From: Podarcis muralis
Taxonomy: Eukaryota
DNA: 64,000 bases
Direction of reading: 5' to 3'
NCBI RefSeq assembly: GCF_964188315.1
Contig: NC_135671.1
Span: 14,508,001-14,572,000, forward strand
The notes below the pieces were generated by a model, which was not told where the DNA came from, ran no database searches, and saw nothing but the letters and a program-made list of their open reading frames with translations. Within the stretch, counting starts at the first letter, position 1. Each line of letters starts with the position of its first letter. Below, in pieces: positions 51,137 through 62,610 of this stretch. The position numbers and the translations under genes were made by a program.

Positions 51137-51378
51137 CAATGGTACTTCGGGTTACATACGCTTCAGGTTACATACACTTCAAGTTACAGACTCCGCTAAC
51201 CCAGAAATAGTGCTTCAGGTTAAGAACTTTGCTTCAGGATGAGAACAGAAATTGTGCTCCGGTGGCGCAGCAGCAGCAGGAGGCCCCATTAGCTAAAGTG
51301 GTTCTTCAGGTTAAGAACAGTTTCAGGTTAAGAATGGACCTCTGGAACGAATTAAGTACTTAACCTGAGGTACCACTG
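51137..51378 (+). mobile_element. Tc1/mariner (pogo/Tigger-type) MITE nested in an old hAT-like element
   Basis: Termini ta|caatggtacttcggg ... gaggtaccactg|ta. The host element resumes and ends catcccta at 51559. Confidence 0.88.
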
Positions 51379-51433
51379 TACAAAGTATAAATAGACACTT
51401 GTAGTAAAATGCTAGTGAATTCTCATGAGGGCC

Positions 51434-51468
<35 letters not shown>

Positions 51469-53225
51469 CAAACTGATGCAGAAGTGCTGAGAACTGGTTT
51501 TAAGACTGGAATAATGAGGAACTGATAGAAACTGAAATGGACAGATCCACCCATCCCTAACATCAGCTGATTTTCAGTCCATGGACACTTTCGTGTTTAG
51601 AGAGGGCAAATAAGCAATTTACTCCTCATTATTTACATCCTGGAGGGGGGAATTTCCTTATGCAATCACTGTACCAGACAGAAGTGTGAACTTGAATAAA
51701 ATATTGGGGGGAGCAGATAAGCCCCACCCTGCATAATCAACCATATGATGTGGTGCACACACCATTTGAATGGCAATGCCCATCAACTTTTGGGGACCCA
51801 GCTTCCTCAAATATCTCACTGGGGGGGAGAGCAAAGACCCCCTCAGCCCCTAGGAGTTGTCTCCTATGGTATTGGATAAATATCAGGTCATGGAGTTGTT
51901 AAATCTGACCCTACAAAATGATTCGCGTCTCTGCAAAGTGTCATAAAGGTTAGAAGAAAAGAAATCTATGCAGACATTTCCTTCACTGTGATGAATGCCT
52001 TTCCTTCATTCAGCATATTGTTGCTGCTCTGTGTGTGTTTGTGTGTGTGTTGTTTTCTCCTTTGCACATAGTATTCCTGATTCCTCAAGACTGCCAAGGC
52101 ATTGTATGAGTGGTGCTGAGCAAACGCTTCATGCTTGGTGGACTTTGACAGAGAGATCCATCTTCATTTGACAGCTTATATATTGGTGTGCGCCAAGTAC
52201 AAAGGTTGCACTGGAACCTAGCATGAACAAAGAGCATGCGGTCATGTGGGAAAATATCAGCATGAGTCAAAGACCTCCATGGTAAAAAAAAAACCAACCT
52301 GGCTCCTATTAGTGTGCTGGTAGTTCGTATACATGACAAAGTAACCTGCTTGTCAGCTTGAACGCACGGGGTGGGGAGGTGGGGAATCTGCTAGAATCAA
52401 TACACATAAAGATACTTTATACTTTAGGGATGAGGAGGAAATTTAATTCCGATCACATTTAAAGAGGAACCTACCTAATTCATACTTTTTGAAATAATGG
52501 TCTTACCGAAACACATGCATACTTTGAAATTTACATTTCAGTACTCCAGTCAACTAATTTGTGCATAAAAATGCAGAAATGCAAGATATTAAGGGGAACT
52601 ACTCTGCAAAAAATGTTTAGATAGGCAACATTGCATACAAGAAAAATTGGCATATTAGGAGAATTTTGCACTAAAATGCTGTGTTTGCTTGGAGACCTTT
52701 TTTTAAAAAGCCACAAACTGATGTGGAGATATGGAGAACTAAATAGAAGATTGGAAAATAAGAATCCGAGAGGAACCAAAACTGGAATACCCGCCCATCT
52801 CAAGTCAAACCACATGATTCACCTATGCCTGAATTGTCTTTCTCAGTCATTCCCTGCCTGTCAGTTGGACACACTTGTGTGTCATGAGACATCAATTTAT
52901 TTGCATAATTAAAGGTCCATGGCATAGTACAGGATGTGAACTCCCCCTACTGAAAGTCTTGAAACCATTTGTGAAACAGACTTCAGCCCACTTGAGCCAC
53001 CACATCAACTTCTGCAAGTCCTTCTCACCTTCTCCAAATCAAAAGGGCCTCCCTTAGGGAAGGGAGTATTGGGCTGTGGAGGCTTCTCTTACAGACAGAG
53101 GGATTCTAGTAAGCCTAAATGATGTGTAGACTGTCATGTCTCAAAAGGGGAGCCTGGGGCTTTTAGTAAAAACACTGCAATTCCCACAACCCCCTGGCAG
53201 GCAAGAACATACCACCACTTTATTA

Positions 53226-53462
53226 CAGTCGTACCTCGGAAGTCGGATGGAATCCATTCCAGAAGTCTGTTCAACTTCCAAAACATTTGGAAACCAAGGC
53301 ACAGCTTCCGATTGGCTGCAGCCAATTGGAAGCCATGGAAACCATGTCAGATGTTCGGGTTCCAAAGAATGTTAGCAAATCAGAACACTCACTTCAGGGT
53401 TTGTGGTGTTCAGGAGCCAAAAGGTTCGACTCGCAAGGCGTTCAACTTCCGAGTTACGACTG
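53226..53462. mobile_element. Tc1/mariner (pogo/Tigger-type) MITE, second family
   Basis: Termini ta|cagtcgtacctcggaagt ... acttccgagttacgactg|ta. Confidence 0.85.
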
Positions 53463-55318
53463 TATTTGCAATTAAGGAGACACCTTGAGGATCTTCTCTT
53501 GTCTGGGAGTCTGACTGGTAGGGCAACTTCAACAGCCTGTGGAGATCTGAAATTAAGAAGGGCAAACGAAAAAGTGAAAGAAATGGAAATTGACAGATTT
53601 GCTCAAGAGAGAGAAACAAACAGATTTCCCCAGCTCTTGAACCCCTTTGGCCCCTGTCAGCAGAGATCTTCTTGTTGGCATTGTGGTTTCAGAAGAAAGA
53701 CATCTGGTAAGATGGGATCTACTTCTGCAAGTCCTTCTCCAAATCAAAAGGGCCTTCCTTAAGGAAGTGAGAAACAGACCCTGGAGGGCAAGACACTGCA
53801 GTCTCCAAGGTAAAACACAGCTCTGAGCCAGCCCTGATCCCAAATACACCTGCATAGCAAGAGAGGGAGGGGGGTTCTTACATTGGAATTGCTCCCATTT
53901 TTTTTCAAGAGCCATATTGAGGAGAGAGCTTATGGCTGAGGCAAGAGGGCAGGGGGAGCAAAGGCAGCTCTCAAATCTCTCTGGAGCAATTATCGAGTGG
54001 CAGAAATTGACTTGTCCAGACCTGAGCTCAATAAAGGCTGTCCCAAGTTATTTTTTACTGTTAACTACTTTAGCCCTTCAGATGCACGCTTCTAATAAAA
54101 GCCGTCTGCTGGGCGTCACTGAGCCAGCCAGTGAGAGGCCCAAGGAGCAGGTCTCTTGCGTTCCGTATGCCGGAGTGCTATTTCCAATTTGCCTTCCATA
54201 TGAATGGATTATGCACTTTGTCAGCAATAATGATCCCCCTATTAACCTCCTGCTACCACTTATCAGGTATTGGCACATTGGGCTTAAAGAAGAAGGAAAT
54301 GGAATTTGAAAGGGTAAAGAAAGAGAGGCATTTCTCCAGAGCCTGAGCTTTTAACCTCTCCGCACATCCATAGCAACAGAAGAAATGCTTGGCTGAGAAT
54401 AATTCTATGGGAAGCACCATTCCTTCTAGGTTCTCCATCAACACAGGATATTTCATGTATAGAGGCCCAAGCATCTGTAGATAAGCATCTGTTTGCCCAC
54501 AGAGTAGCCCTTTTGGCCATGTATCCCTGGCATGCAAATCTTTGTAAGTTTATGGGGTGCATTCAGATGCAGGGAAGGTTGCATTGGTTTTCCTAATTAT
54601 AGTGCTAGCACTTCTGTTTTCTAACATTCATTTCACACTGTGGGACCAGTTGTGTTATGGAGCTTTTTGACTGATACACCAGCATATTGTGCTATGTTTC
54701 ATTCACAGTATTGGCCATGGAAGTTGCTTCAGTCAATAAATGGTACGTAATTCACTACACCCCCCTTCCCCATTTGCACTGCATTTCCTTTGCACGAAAA
54801 TGGATGGGGTGGAATAATGTAATGGCAACATAATTTATGAAATTTAGATAATTAATTGTGTAAGTTACATAATTTCACTACAGTGGACAGCGAGACAAAT
54901 TACATAGTTTTTAATGGAAGAAGAACTGCAGCAGAATAGAATTAGTCCTGCATAGGACGAATACAGGTCAAAATGGAAAACAATGCCTTCTTTTCCATCC
55001 CTAAAGGTGGCCTACATGGCTCTCTCCCCCCCCCCATTTTCCATTTTATCCCCACAACAACCCTATGAAAAGTGTAGCCTGAGAGACTGACCTAAACTCA
55101 CCTGGGTAGCTTCATGAAAATTTGAACTCTGGTCTCCCAGGTCATAGTCATAGTCAGACACTCTAACCACCACACTACAGTGGTATCTCAGCTGGGCTTT
55201 TCTGAGCTTTCCTTGAAACATGGGAAGTGGGAAGGCTGCCTTCCATGCACCTGACAGTTGCCCATTGTTATTTGTTAAGTGTTTTTTGATGTTTTGTTGT
55301 TACTTTTACTTTTGGTTC

Positions 55319-55609
55319 GAGAAGAAGAAGAAGAAGAAGAAGAAGAAGAAGAAGAAGAAGAAGAGGAGGAGGAGTTTGGATTTGATATCCCACTTTATTG
55401 CTACCCAAAGGAGTCTAAAAGCAGCTAACATTCTCCTTTCCCTTCCTCCCCCACAACAAACACTCTGTGAGGTGAGTGGGGCTGAGAGACTTCAAAGAAG
55501 TGTGACTGGCCCAAGGTCACCCAGGAGCTGCATGTGGAGGAGCGGAGACGTGAACCCGGTTCACCAGATTACGAGTCTACTGCTCTTAACCACTACACCA
55601 CACTGGCTC
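55319..55609 (-). mobile_element. Squam3 SINE
   Basis: Reverse complement of the other Squam3 copies; its tail appears as (GAA)n(GGA)n on the plus strand. Confidence 0.88.
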
Positions 55610-55745
55610 ACTAGTGTGATGCTAATAACGCCAAGGTCACAGGTTCAATCCCCATATGGGACAGCTACATATTCCTGCATTGCAGGAATGAGGTGATCCT
55701 CAGGGTCCCTTCCAACTCTACAGTTCTATGATTCCATGATCTTCT
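55610..55745 (+). mobile_element. tRNA-derived SINE with CR1-like (ATTCTATG) tail, family not assigned
   Basis: B-box-like ggttcaatcccc and tail ttccaactctacagttctatgattccatgat. A related copy lies on the minus strand at 59679-59825. Confidence 0.7.
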
Positions 55746-55788
55746 AAGGTAAGCACTTCCTTTAAAAACAAAACCAATGAAAGCACTA

Positions 55789-56460
55789 CAGTGGTACCTC
55801 GGGTTACAGACGCTTCAGGTTACAGACTCCACTAACCCAGAAATAGTACCTCAGGTTAAGAACTTGACCTCAGTCTTGATAGTACAAAGATGGAAGAATG
55901 AGGAAACTCTGACAAAAGAACAGAGGCAAGAGAAATTGATGAACTGGCGGAAGTGACATACAAATTGCGAGATAAGGACAACTGTGACTTTAAAGAAGAA
56001 TGGGAACTTTTTACAAATTATCTAAAATGACAACAAAATGAATTGGACTCCTTGGCATGTTTTGAATAAACATACACAAATTTATTGAGGGTTAATATAG
56101 TAGACAGATAATAAAATGATATATACAATTTTACAGTATGCAGAGAATAACATGAGTTGAGAAATCAGAAAGAGGAGCTGAGGGAAGTCTTGGGGGGAGG
56201 GAGGGAGGGTTTTTAGGGGAGGGGGGAAGGGGAAAAATAATGAAGATGATTTGTTTTGATAATTGTTATGTTGAAATTGTTAATAAAAAAACTTTTTTAA
56301 AAAAAGAACTTTACCTCAGGATGAAAACCGAAATCGTGCAGCGGCGGGGTTGTAGCAGCGGGAGGCCCCATTAGCTAAAGTGGTACCTCAAGTTAAGAAC
56401 AGTTTCAGGTTAAGAACAGACCTCCAGAACAAATTAAGTTCTTAACCCGAGGTTCCACTG
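55789..56460 (+). mobile_element. Tc1/mariner MITE split by a LINE insertion
   Basis: ta|cagtggtacctc to 55873, resumes at 56304, ends gaggttccactg|ta. Confidence 0.88.
55874..56303 (+). mobile_element. 5'-truncated L1/Tx1-clade LINE 3' end
   Basis: Frameshifted LIVQRWKNEETLTKEQRQEKLM / ELAEVTYKLRDKDNCDFKEEWELFTNYL resembles the vertebrate L1/Tx1 ORF2 C-terminus. AATAAA and an A-rich tail follow. 16-bp TSD aagaacttgacctcag / aagaactttacctcag. Confidence 0.75.
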
Positions 56461-57577
56461 TATTCTCAAGCACTTGGTAGCCAGCCTCCATGACTTCAAG
56501 CCCTTCCATTTCAAGCCTAGGGAAAGATGTCATGAGATCACACCTTCCATGGGACTTTTTCATATGGAGAAGGCTGAAATGATAAATAAATCATAATGCA
56601 CCCTCTGAAAGAGGCAGAAGAAAAAACAAAAGCCTCTTTCCTGGCAGAAGAAAAATATTCAACAAATTGGAAGGCAGGTTCTGTCACAGCTCCAGTCCAA
56701 TGATAAAAATGAATCTCTACACCTGAGGTTTTCAGCGTTCCTGGTTCAAGAATCCCAGTGCTACACAGTTCAAGGACCATTCATCTCTGTCTTCTCTCTT
56801 CCTCTCTGAAATAAAAAAATCCCTAACCCTTCCTGTGCTGCTTTGAACAGTCTCACAGCATTCTAAGGTCCAGCACTGGCACATCTCTTTCTCATGGTGC
56901 CTTCAGGGACACAACGCTGAATTATTTAATTGGGTTTGGACATGAGAGCAGCCTGACATGGTTAAACACTCAGCTCTGCATTGCGACTTCCATTTGAAAT
57001 GCATGGGGATATTTTCAGTGGATCGACAAGTTGGGCACCCCTTCCTTCCACTCTACCTACAGTACCTTTCCTATGGCAAATTTTGCAAGAAGTACAAATG
57101 GAAAAGCAATTTTGTTGGGGGAAATAAAAAGGTAGCAATGGGGAAATATTACCATATATTTGAGTTGTGGAGTGGAAACAGAACAGATCAACTGGCACAC
57201 AAGCTCCTGCCCAAGATTATATGTTTGCTTGTCTTCAGCATATGATTTTCATTCTGGGTTGTGTTGTAGAAATATCCTGTATTCCCATTGCTAACAACAA
57301 TGAGCTTGCATGTGACTACATTAAAAGTACCTAGGAAGCCTACTTGCATTCTCACCTTGACCCTAAGGATTAGGATTAGCTCATTGGTAGAACTCATATA
57401 TTCTAAAAGTCCCAGAGGGACCAATGGTCTGAGACTTGGTAGACGGCCACTTCCTCTAAGGATTAGTGCACACACTCGGCTGAGATACTGGATATTACAT
57501 CATAACCTTCTTCTGAACTTCCATCCACTCAGAATTAAGCCCTAAAGCAATGAGAAGAACATGAATTTCATCTGACT

Positions 57578-58225
57578 TGCGTGGCAAGGCCCCATGACCA
57601 CCCTGTTCCCTAAGGTGCAAATAACTAGACAACACACAGCATATTGCTTTTGGAATCAAATAAGGCCACAACTTTACTGGTTACAGATGTGAAGGTTTGG
57701 CCATAGGCATTGAGGTAAGCAACTGTGACTGTCACTCCCGCCCATCCGCTGGGAGGGTTTCTAAGGATGAAACCGGGGGGTGGGGAATGCTCTATGACCT
57801 ACATCAAATCAGGATGTCCCCCAAACAGTCCCCGTTGGAGGAGTGGTATGGCCCTAGCCCCAATCTGGGCATTGGACAGGAGCCACTCCTCCCATACCCT
57901 TTTATTAGGATACCCTTACCCGTGAAGGGGCAGGGAGAGGCTACAACCTCATCTCCAACCAAGACTAGTGAAGTATACTCGGAGTCCTGTAGTGATTTCA
58001 TGCTCTTTATTGTAGCTTGTAAAACAGTGATTGAATTGCCACCCCCCCCCAAAAAAAAAACACCTCAGGCTTTTATATGCATTATTTACACAATGAGTCC
58101 CATCTGATTGGCTGGTTCTGCTTCCCTCCTGGAGCCTGATTGGTCTTTTCCTGCAGGCCAATCAGCTGTTGCATTCTAGGATCCTACTTGCCTATTGTTC
58201 TAGGATCCAAGCTTAGTACATAACA
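57578..58225 (-). mobile_element. Solo LTR
   Basis: Minus strand runs TGTTATG...CCACGCA; contains CCAAT-like boxes and is related to 39069-39852. Confidence 0.7.
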
Positions 58226-58507
58226 ACTAGACTTATCCAATTGCCTATCTGCCTTACAAAGTCATGACTATTGCTATGAGATAGCTGCAAACCCAAATGG
58301 CAGTGCCAATTTGTCGGATGGGAAGAAATCCTGCCCAGCCCCTAAATCCAGCAACCGACATTGTACATAGCAAGGTCGTACCATCTGCAAAACAAACAAA
58401 CCCTAATCTGAAGGAGGGTGGGAGAACCAGCAAGGCAAGTGAGAGGCTGAAAGGCCCTACAGGCCAGGCATTATCCTTGCCTGGGCATGATGCCAAGCAC
58501 TGCTACT

Positions 58508-58748
58508 GAGCCAGTGTGGTGTAGTGGTTAAGGGCGGTAAACTCGTAATCTGGTGAACCGGGTTCGCTTCCCCTCTCCTCCACATGCATCTGCCGGGTGA
58601 CCTTGGGCTAGCCACACTTCTTTGAAGTCTCTCAGCCTCACTCACCTCACAGAGTGTTTGTTGTGGGGGAGGAAGGGAAAGGAGAATGTTAGCCGCTTTG
58701 AGACTCCTTAGGGTAGTGATAAAGCGGGATATCAAATCCAAACTCTTC
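58508..58748 (+). mobile_element. Squam3 SINE
   Basis: Collinear with the other Squam3 copies; short tail. Confidence 0.88.
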
Positions 58749-59678
58749 AGCTGGCATCTCGCCAAGGGGAACGCCCCCTAATCTGCTGCCTTTGACCAAT
58801 TCAGCAGCAGGACAATCCAGCCTGCAATAGGCTAGTCCACAGGGGAGGCCCAGTGCCCACCCGCAAAGCTGCCCACCCGTGCAGGGCAAACAGACTATTT
58901 CAATGAGATTTTGTTATGGCTAATGCAGCTAACTCCTTCAATAAGAATGGGAGCTAGGTAACACGACCAGATTTTGGGTACTTTAAATCTTAAAATGCTT
59001 CCTGTCAGTAACACTTGAGAGGTCTGAGATTCTCTGTATGTGGTAGCATTTACTAATAATATCCAGCAGCAAAGATCTTTAATAACGTGAAAGGAAAATC
59101 TGTGCCCACTTATCCCTCAATCAGAGGATGAAAGTAAGGATGAGGCATGTTGAAAACAAAACTGGAATTTTATTTCAACACACTTGATGAGGGTTAAAGC
59201 TTAATGGTTACTCTGATAAGGCATAGCACTTTGTTGCAGTCAAAATCACTTTAGAGAAGTAGTTAATAACTTAAAACTTTCGCTTTAAAACTAATGCATG
59301 CACCGTCATGACAGACTCTCATGAACCAGCACTCTGACTGCACATCCACAGAGGAAGAGGCAATGGATTCAGAGGATATATCTGGCCAGAAGGAGAACAT
59401 GCCTTTTGTGGCAGCCTGTGAGGTCCGTAGCTCATCAGAAGCTCCAGCACCAGAGTAGTTTGGGATCTCAAGCCTGAAGAGATTTCATTAGCATCTTCAG
59501 GGGCTCGAAGAATTTTGAGAAAAGAAGATGGCAGTAAAAAAAGAAATCCTACAAATTTGTTTTCTGGCCATTCTCGGGCAAACAGAATAGGACATCCGAG
59601 CCAGCCTACCGCACTGACTAAAACAGCCTTTCTCAACTTCAGTTCCCTAGATGTTGTAGGACTACAACTCCCATCAGT

Positions 59679-59825
59679 CATAGAATCATAAAATTGTAGG
59701 GTTGGAAGGTGCATGAGGGTCATCCAGTCCAACTCCCATGCAATGCAGGAATCTTTTGTCCAATGTGGGGTTTGAACCCACAACCATGAGATTAAGGGTC
59801 TCATGCTCTTCCATCTGAGCTATCC
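59679..59825 (-). mobile_element. tRNA-derived SINE with CR1-like tail
   Basis: catagaatcataaaattgtagggttggaagg ... ggtttgaacccac ... ctgagctatcc. Confidence 0.7.
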
Positions 59826-60333
59826 AAAAAGCAACCATTCCTAGCCACCAAGGCCGGTGGTCAGTGATGATGGGAGTTATAGTTCAAGAACATATGGGGA
59901 CCCAAAGTTGAGAAAAGTATTGGACCAGGAAAACCATAAAATCCTCTCTCAGACACATAACCTATTATGTCAGAGCAGCTGCTATCTCTCAGCCGAGCCC
60001 ACCTCACAGGGGTGTTGAGAGGGTGAAAGAAATGCATACCACCTTGAATAAGGGATAAGGGCGGAGGCGAAGTGTAATATAGAAAAGCAGCAAGGATGCA
60101 GAAGCTATAGGCCTGGACTGTAACTGGATTATGGCTGGACTACAACTCCCATCAACCCCAGTCAGCATGGCTAATGGTCAGGGAAGATGGTAGTTGTGAT
60201 CCATCAACATCTGAAGGACAACAAGTTCCCAATCCCTGCTTTACAGACTCATGACAACCAGATGTGCTGCAAAAGATATAATTTAGGAAGCAATATGTAG
60301 GGAGGATGACCCCCTGCCCAGGTTCATGCCATA

Positions 60334-60520
60334 CAGTGGTACCTCCGGTTGCAGATGGGATCTGTTCCGGAGATCCTGTCAGCTCCTGAGGTTTCCACAA
60401 CCTGAGGACCACTACTGCGCATGCGAGCACGGCGAAACCTGGTAAAATATTTCCGGGTTTACTGCGCAGCCATCTCAAAGCTTACGTAACCAGAGGGTTA
60501 CATAAACAGAGGTACGACTA
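60334..60520. mobile_element. Tc1/mariner (pogo/Tigger-type) MITE, third family
   Basis: Termini ta|cagtggtacctc ... gaggtacgacta|ta. Confidence 0.78.
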
Positions 60521-60951
60521 TATTTGATTGTTCCTCAGAGTATCCCATGTGCCTGAAGGTGGTGCAACATTCTGTTGTTGGCTTGCACTGCAGATAACAT
60601 TCTAGCAACCTCATGCTCTGTGCCACTGTGATTGTAGAAAGTTTGTTCATTTGTTTACATCCCTTCCCTTTCTTAGGAAACATAACCCTTGCATAGTGCC
60701 AAGCGATTCAAGTTAACCTCCTTCCACTCTCAACACAGTAGTCAGGGAAACCAACGGTGGAAATTAATCAAAACGTAATGATAAAAAAAATTCCTAGCTC
60801 TATTTGTTGGTTTTGTTTGAGAGGCTCCAGGTAATTACTTCCAGAAGCGTCAACTGACAATAACTGAAAAAGAAATGCAAAGCCAACACTTTTCATATTA
60901 TCTTCACATCTTGTTAAACAAGGACATCTCTTTAAAAGGTTGCGTGGGTAG

Positions 60952-61140
60952 CATAGGAAGCTGCTTTGTACTGAGTCAAACCATTGGTTCATCCAGACAA
61001 GTATTGTCTATGCTCATCGCTAGTGGTTTTCTAGGATTTCAGTCCAGCTTCCTCCAGTCCTACCTGGTGATGTTATAGATTGGACCTGGGACCTTCTGCA
61101 TGCAAAGCAGGTGCTCTGCTCCTGAGCTGTGACCCTTCCT
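60952..61140 (-). mobile_element. Old tRNA-head SINE with CR1-like tail (related copies near 3185-3365 and 8500-8730)
   Basis: cataggaagctgctttgtactgagtcaaaccattgg ... acctgggaccttctgcatgcaaagc ... ctgagct. Confidence 0.65.
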
Positions 61141-61183
61141 CTGATATGAATCGGACCTGGTTCAAATATTAAACAAATTATAA

Positions 61184-61539
61184 AAGGTAAAGCTAAAGGA
61201 ACCCCTGATCTTTAGGTCCAGTCGTGACCGACTCTGGGGTTGCGCCGCTCATCTCGCTTTATTGGCCAAGGGAGCCGGCGTATAGCTTCTGGGTCATGTG
61301 GCCAGCATGACTAAGCTGCTTCTGGAGAACCAGAGCAGCGCACAGAAACGCCGTTTACCTTCCCGCCGGAGCAGTACCTATTTATCTACTTGCACTTTGA
61401 TGTGCTTTCAAACTGTTAGGTTGGCAGGAGCAGGGACTGAGCAATGGGAGCTCACCCCGTCGCGGGGATTTGAACTGCCGACCTTCTGATCGGCAAGTCC
61501 TAGGCTCTGTGGTTTAACCCACAGCGCCACCCATGTCCT
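61184..61539 (+). mobile_element. Sauria SINE, full length
   Basis: Collinear with other copies. Confidence 0.92.
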
Positions 61540-61540
61540 A

Positions 61541-62032
61541 TGTCATGAATGAGCCAGCCCAGCCAGCTTCCAGTGAAGGAAGGAGCCAGGATGAGAGAGG
61601 GTTAACTACAAGACAGGAAGATTATAGCCAACTCCCTCTCCCTCAGGAATGCCAACTGATAGCAGCATTTCGGAGAGTCAGCCAGCAGCTTGCCAGCACG
61701 CTAGTGAAGGACAAAATACAGGGGCTAGAACGAAAGCAGCTCAGAGAGTGGGAAAGACCACGGAAGTATACTCTCAGAGAATGAGGAAGGGGTGGGCACT
61801 GACCCCCTTAGCCCACGGTCTAAGCGTATGGGGGGGGGGGTCTTCAAGACAGAATACGTCACAAGAGGAAGTTTGGCTTTTTCTAGTCTCACCGGAAACA
61901 CCCTCCTTAGAAGGGACATCTTTGATTTATGGACAGACAGCTGTGATCGCCGCTCCAGTGAACTCTGTGTGCTTTTGCAATAAATCTGCCTTTTAATTAA
62001 CTACGCTCATTTGTTATCAAGATTCCCTGACA
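61541..62032 (+). mobile_element. Solo LTR (492 bp)
   Basis: Termini TGTCATGAAT ... ATTCCCTGACA (TG..CA with imperfect inverted ends); AATAAA about 50 bp from the 3' end. Confidence 0.7.
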
Positions 62033-62334
62033 TAGTAGTAGTGGTGGTGGTAATCGTGGTGATTATCACTATGATGGTATTGATCACTATTTTTGAGTCA
62101 TTGCCAGGGTGGCCTCACTTAGAGAGTGCCATGATAGATTAGCTGATTGTCTTCCAGATACCTGTGGCTCACATATGAACCAGGCTTAAGCGTTACCACT
62201 ATTATGTCTTTTCAGGAGCCTAACAGTGAGCACTGATTTCCTACTAAGGCATTCAATAGCAGAAATATAGTGTTGCAGAAGCTGCAGCAAGATTCCCAGG
62301 GGTTCCAGGCACTCACCCAGGGTCTGTGTTCCTT

Positions 62335-62567
62335 TGGAGAACTGAGAAAAGTGAAGTTACAGGGAACCAGGCAGAGGGCCTTCTCAGCAGTGGCACCCTC
62401 CCTGTGGAATGCCCTCCCATCAGATGTCAAGGAGATACATGACTTTTAGAAGACATCTGAAGGCAGCCCTGCATGGGGAAGTTTTTAATGTTTGACATTT
62501 TATTGTGTGTTTATATGTGCTGGAAGCTGCCCAGAGTGGCTGGGGAAACCTAGCCAGATGGGTGGGA

Positions 62568-62610
<43 letters not shown>
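62335..62610 (+). mobile_element. L2/CR1-clade LINE 3' end with (TTA)n tail
   Basis: Reverse complement of 23327-23660. Confidence 0.75.

Noticed and set aside
55220-55696. 158-aa ORF with poly-K/R tract (similar ORFs at 31825, 42350 and 58457)
   Set aside because: Antisense reading of the Squam3 SINE and its (CTT)n tail; the same peptide recurs at every copy.
39069-58225. The two related LTRs as ends of one 19-kb provirus
   Set aside because: They share only short blocks, differ in length and interior, and no gag/pol/env remnants are visible between them; they are better read as independent solo LTRs.
59319-59804. 161-aa minus-strand ORF
   Set aside because: Runs through a SINE and a degraded MITE; no recognisable product.
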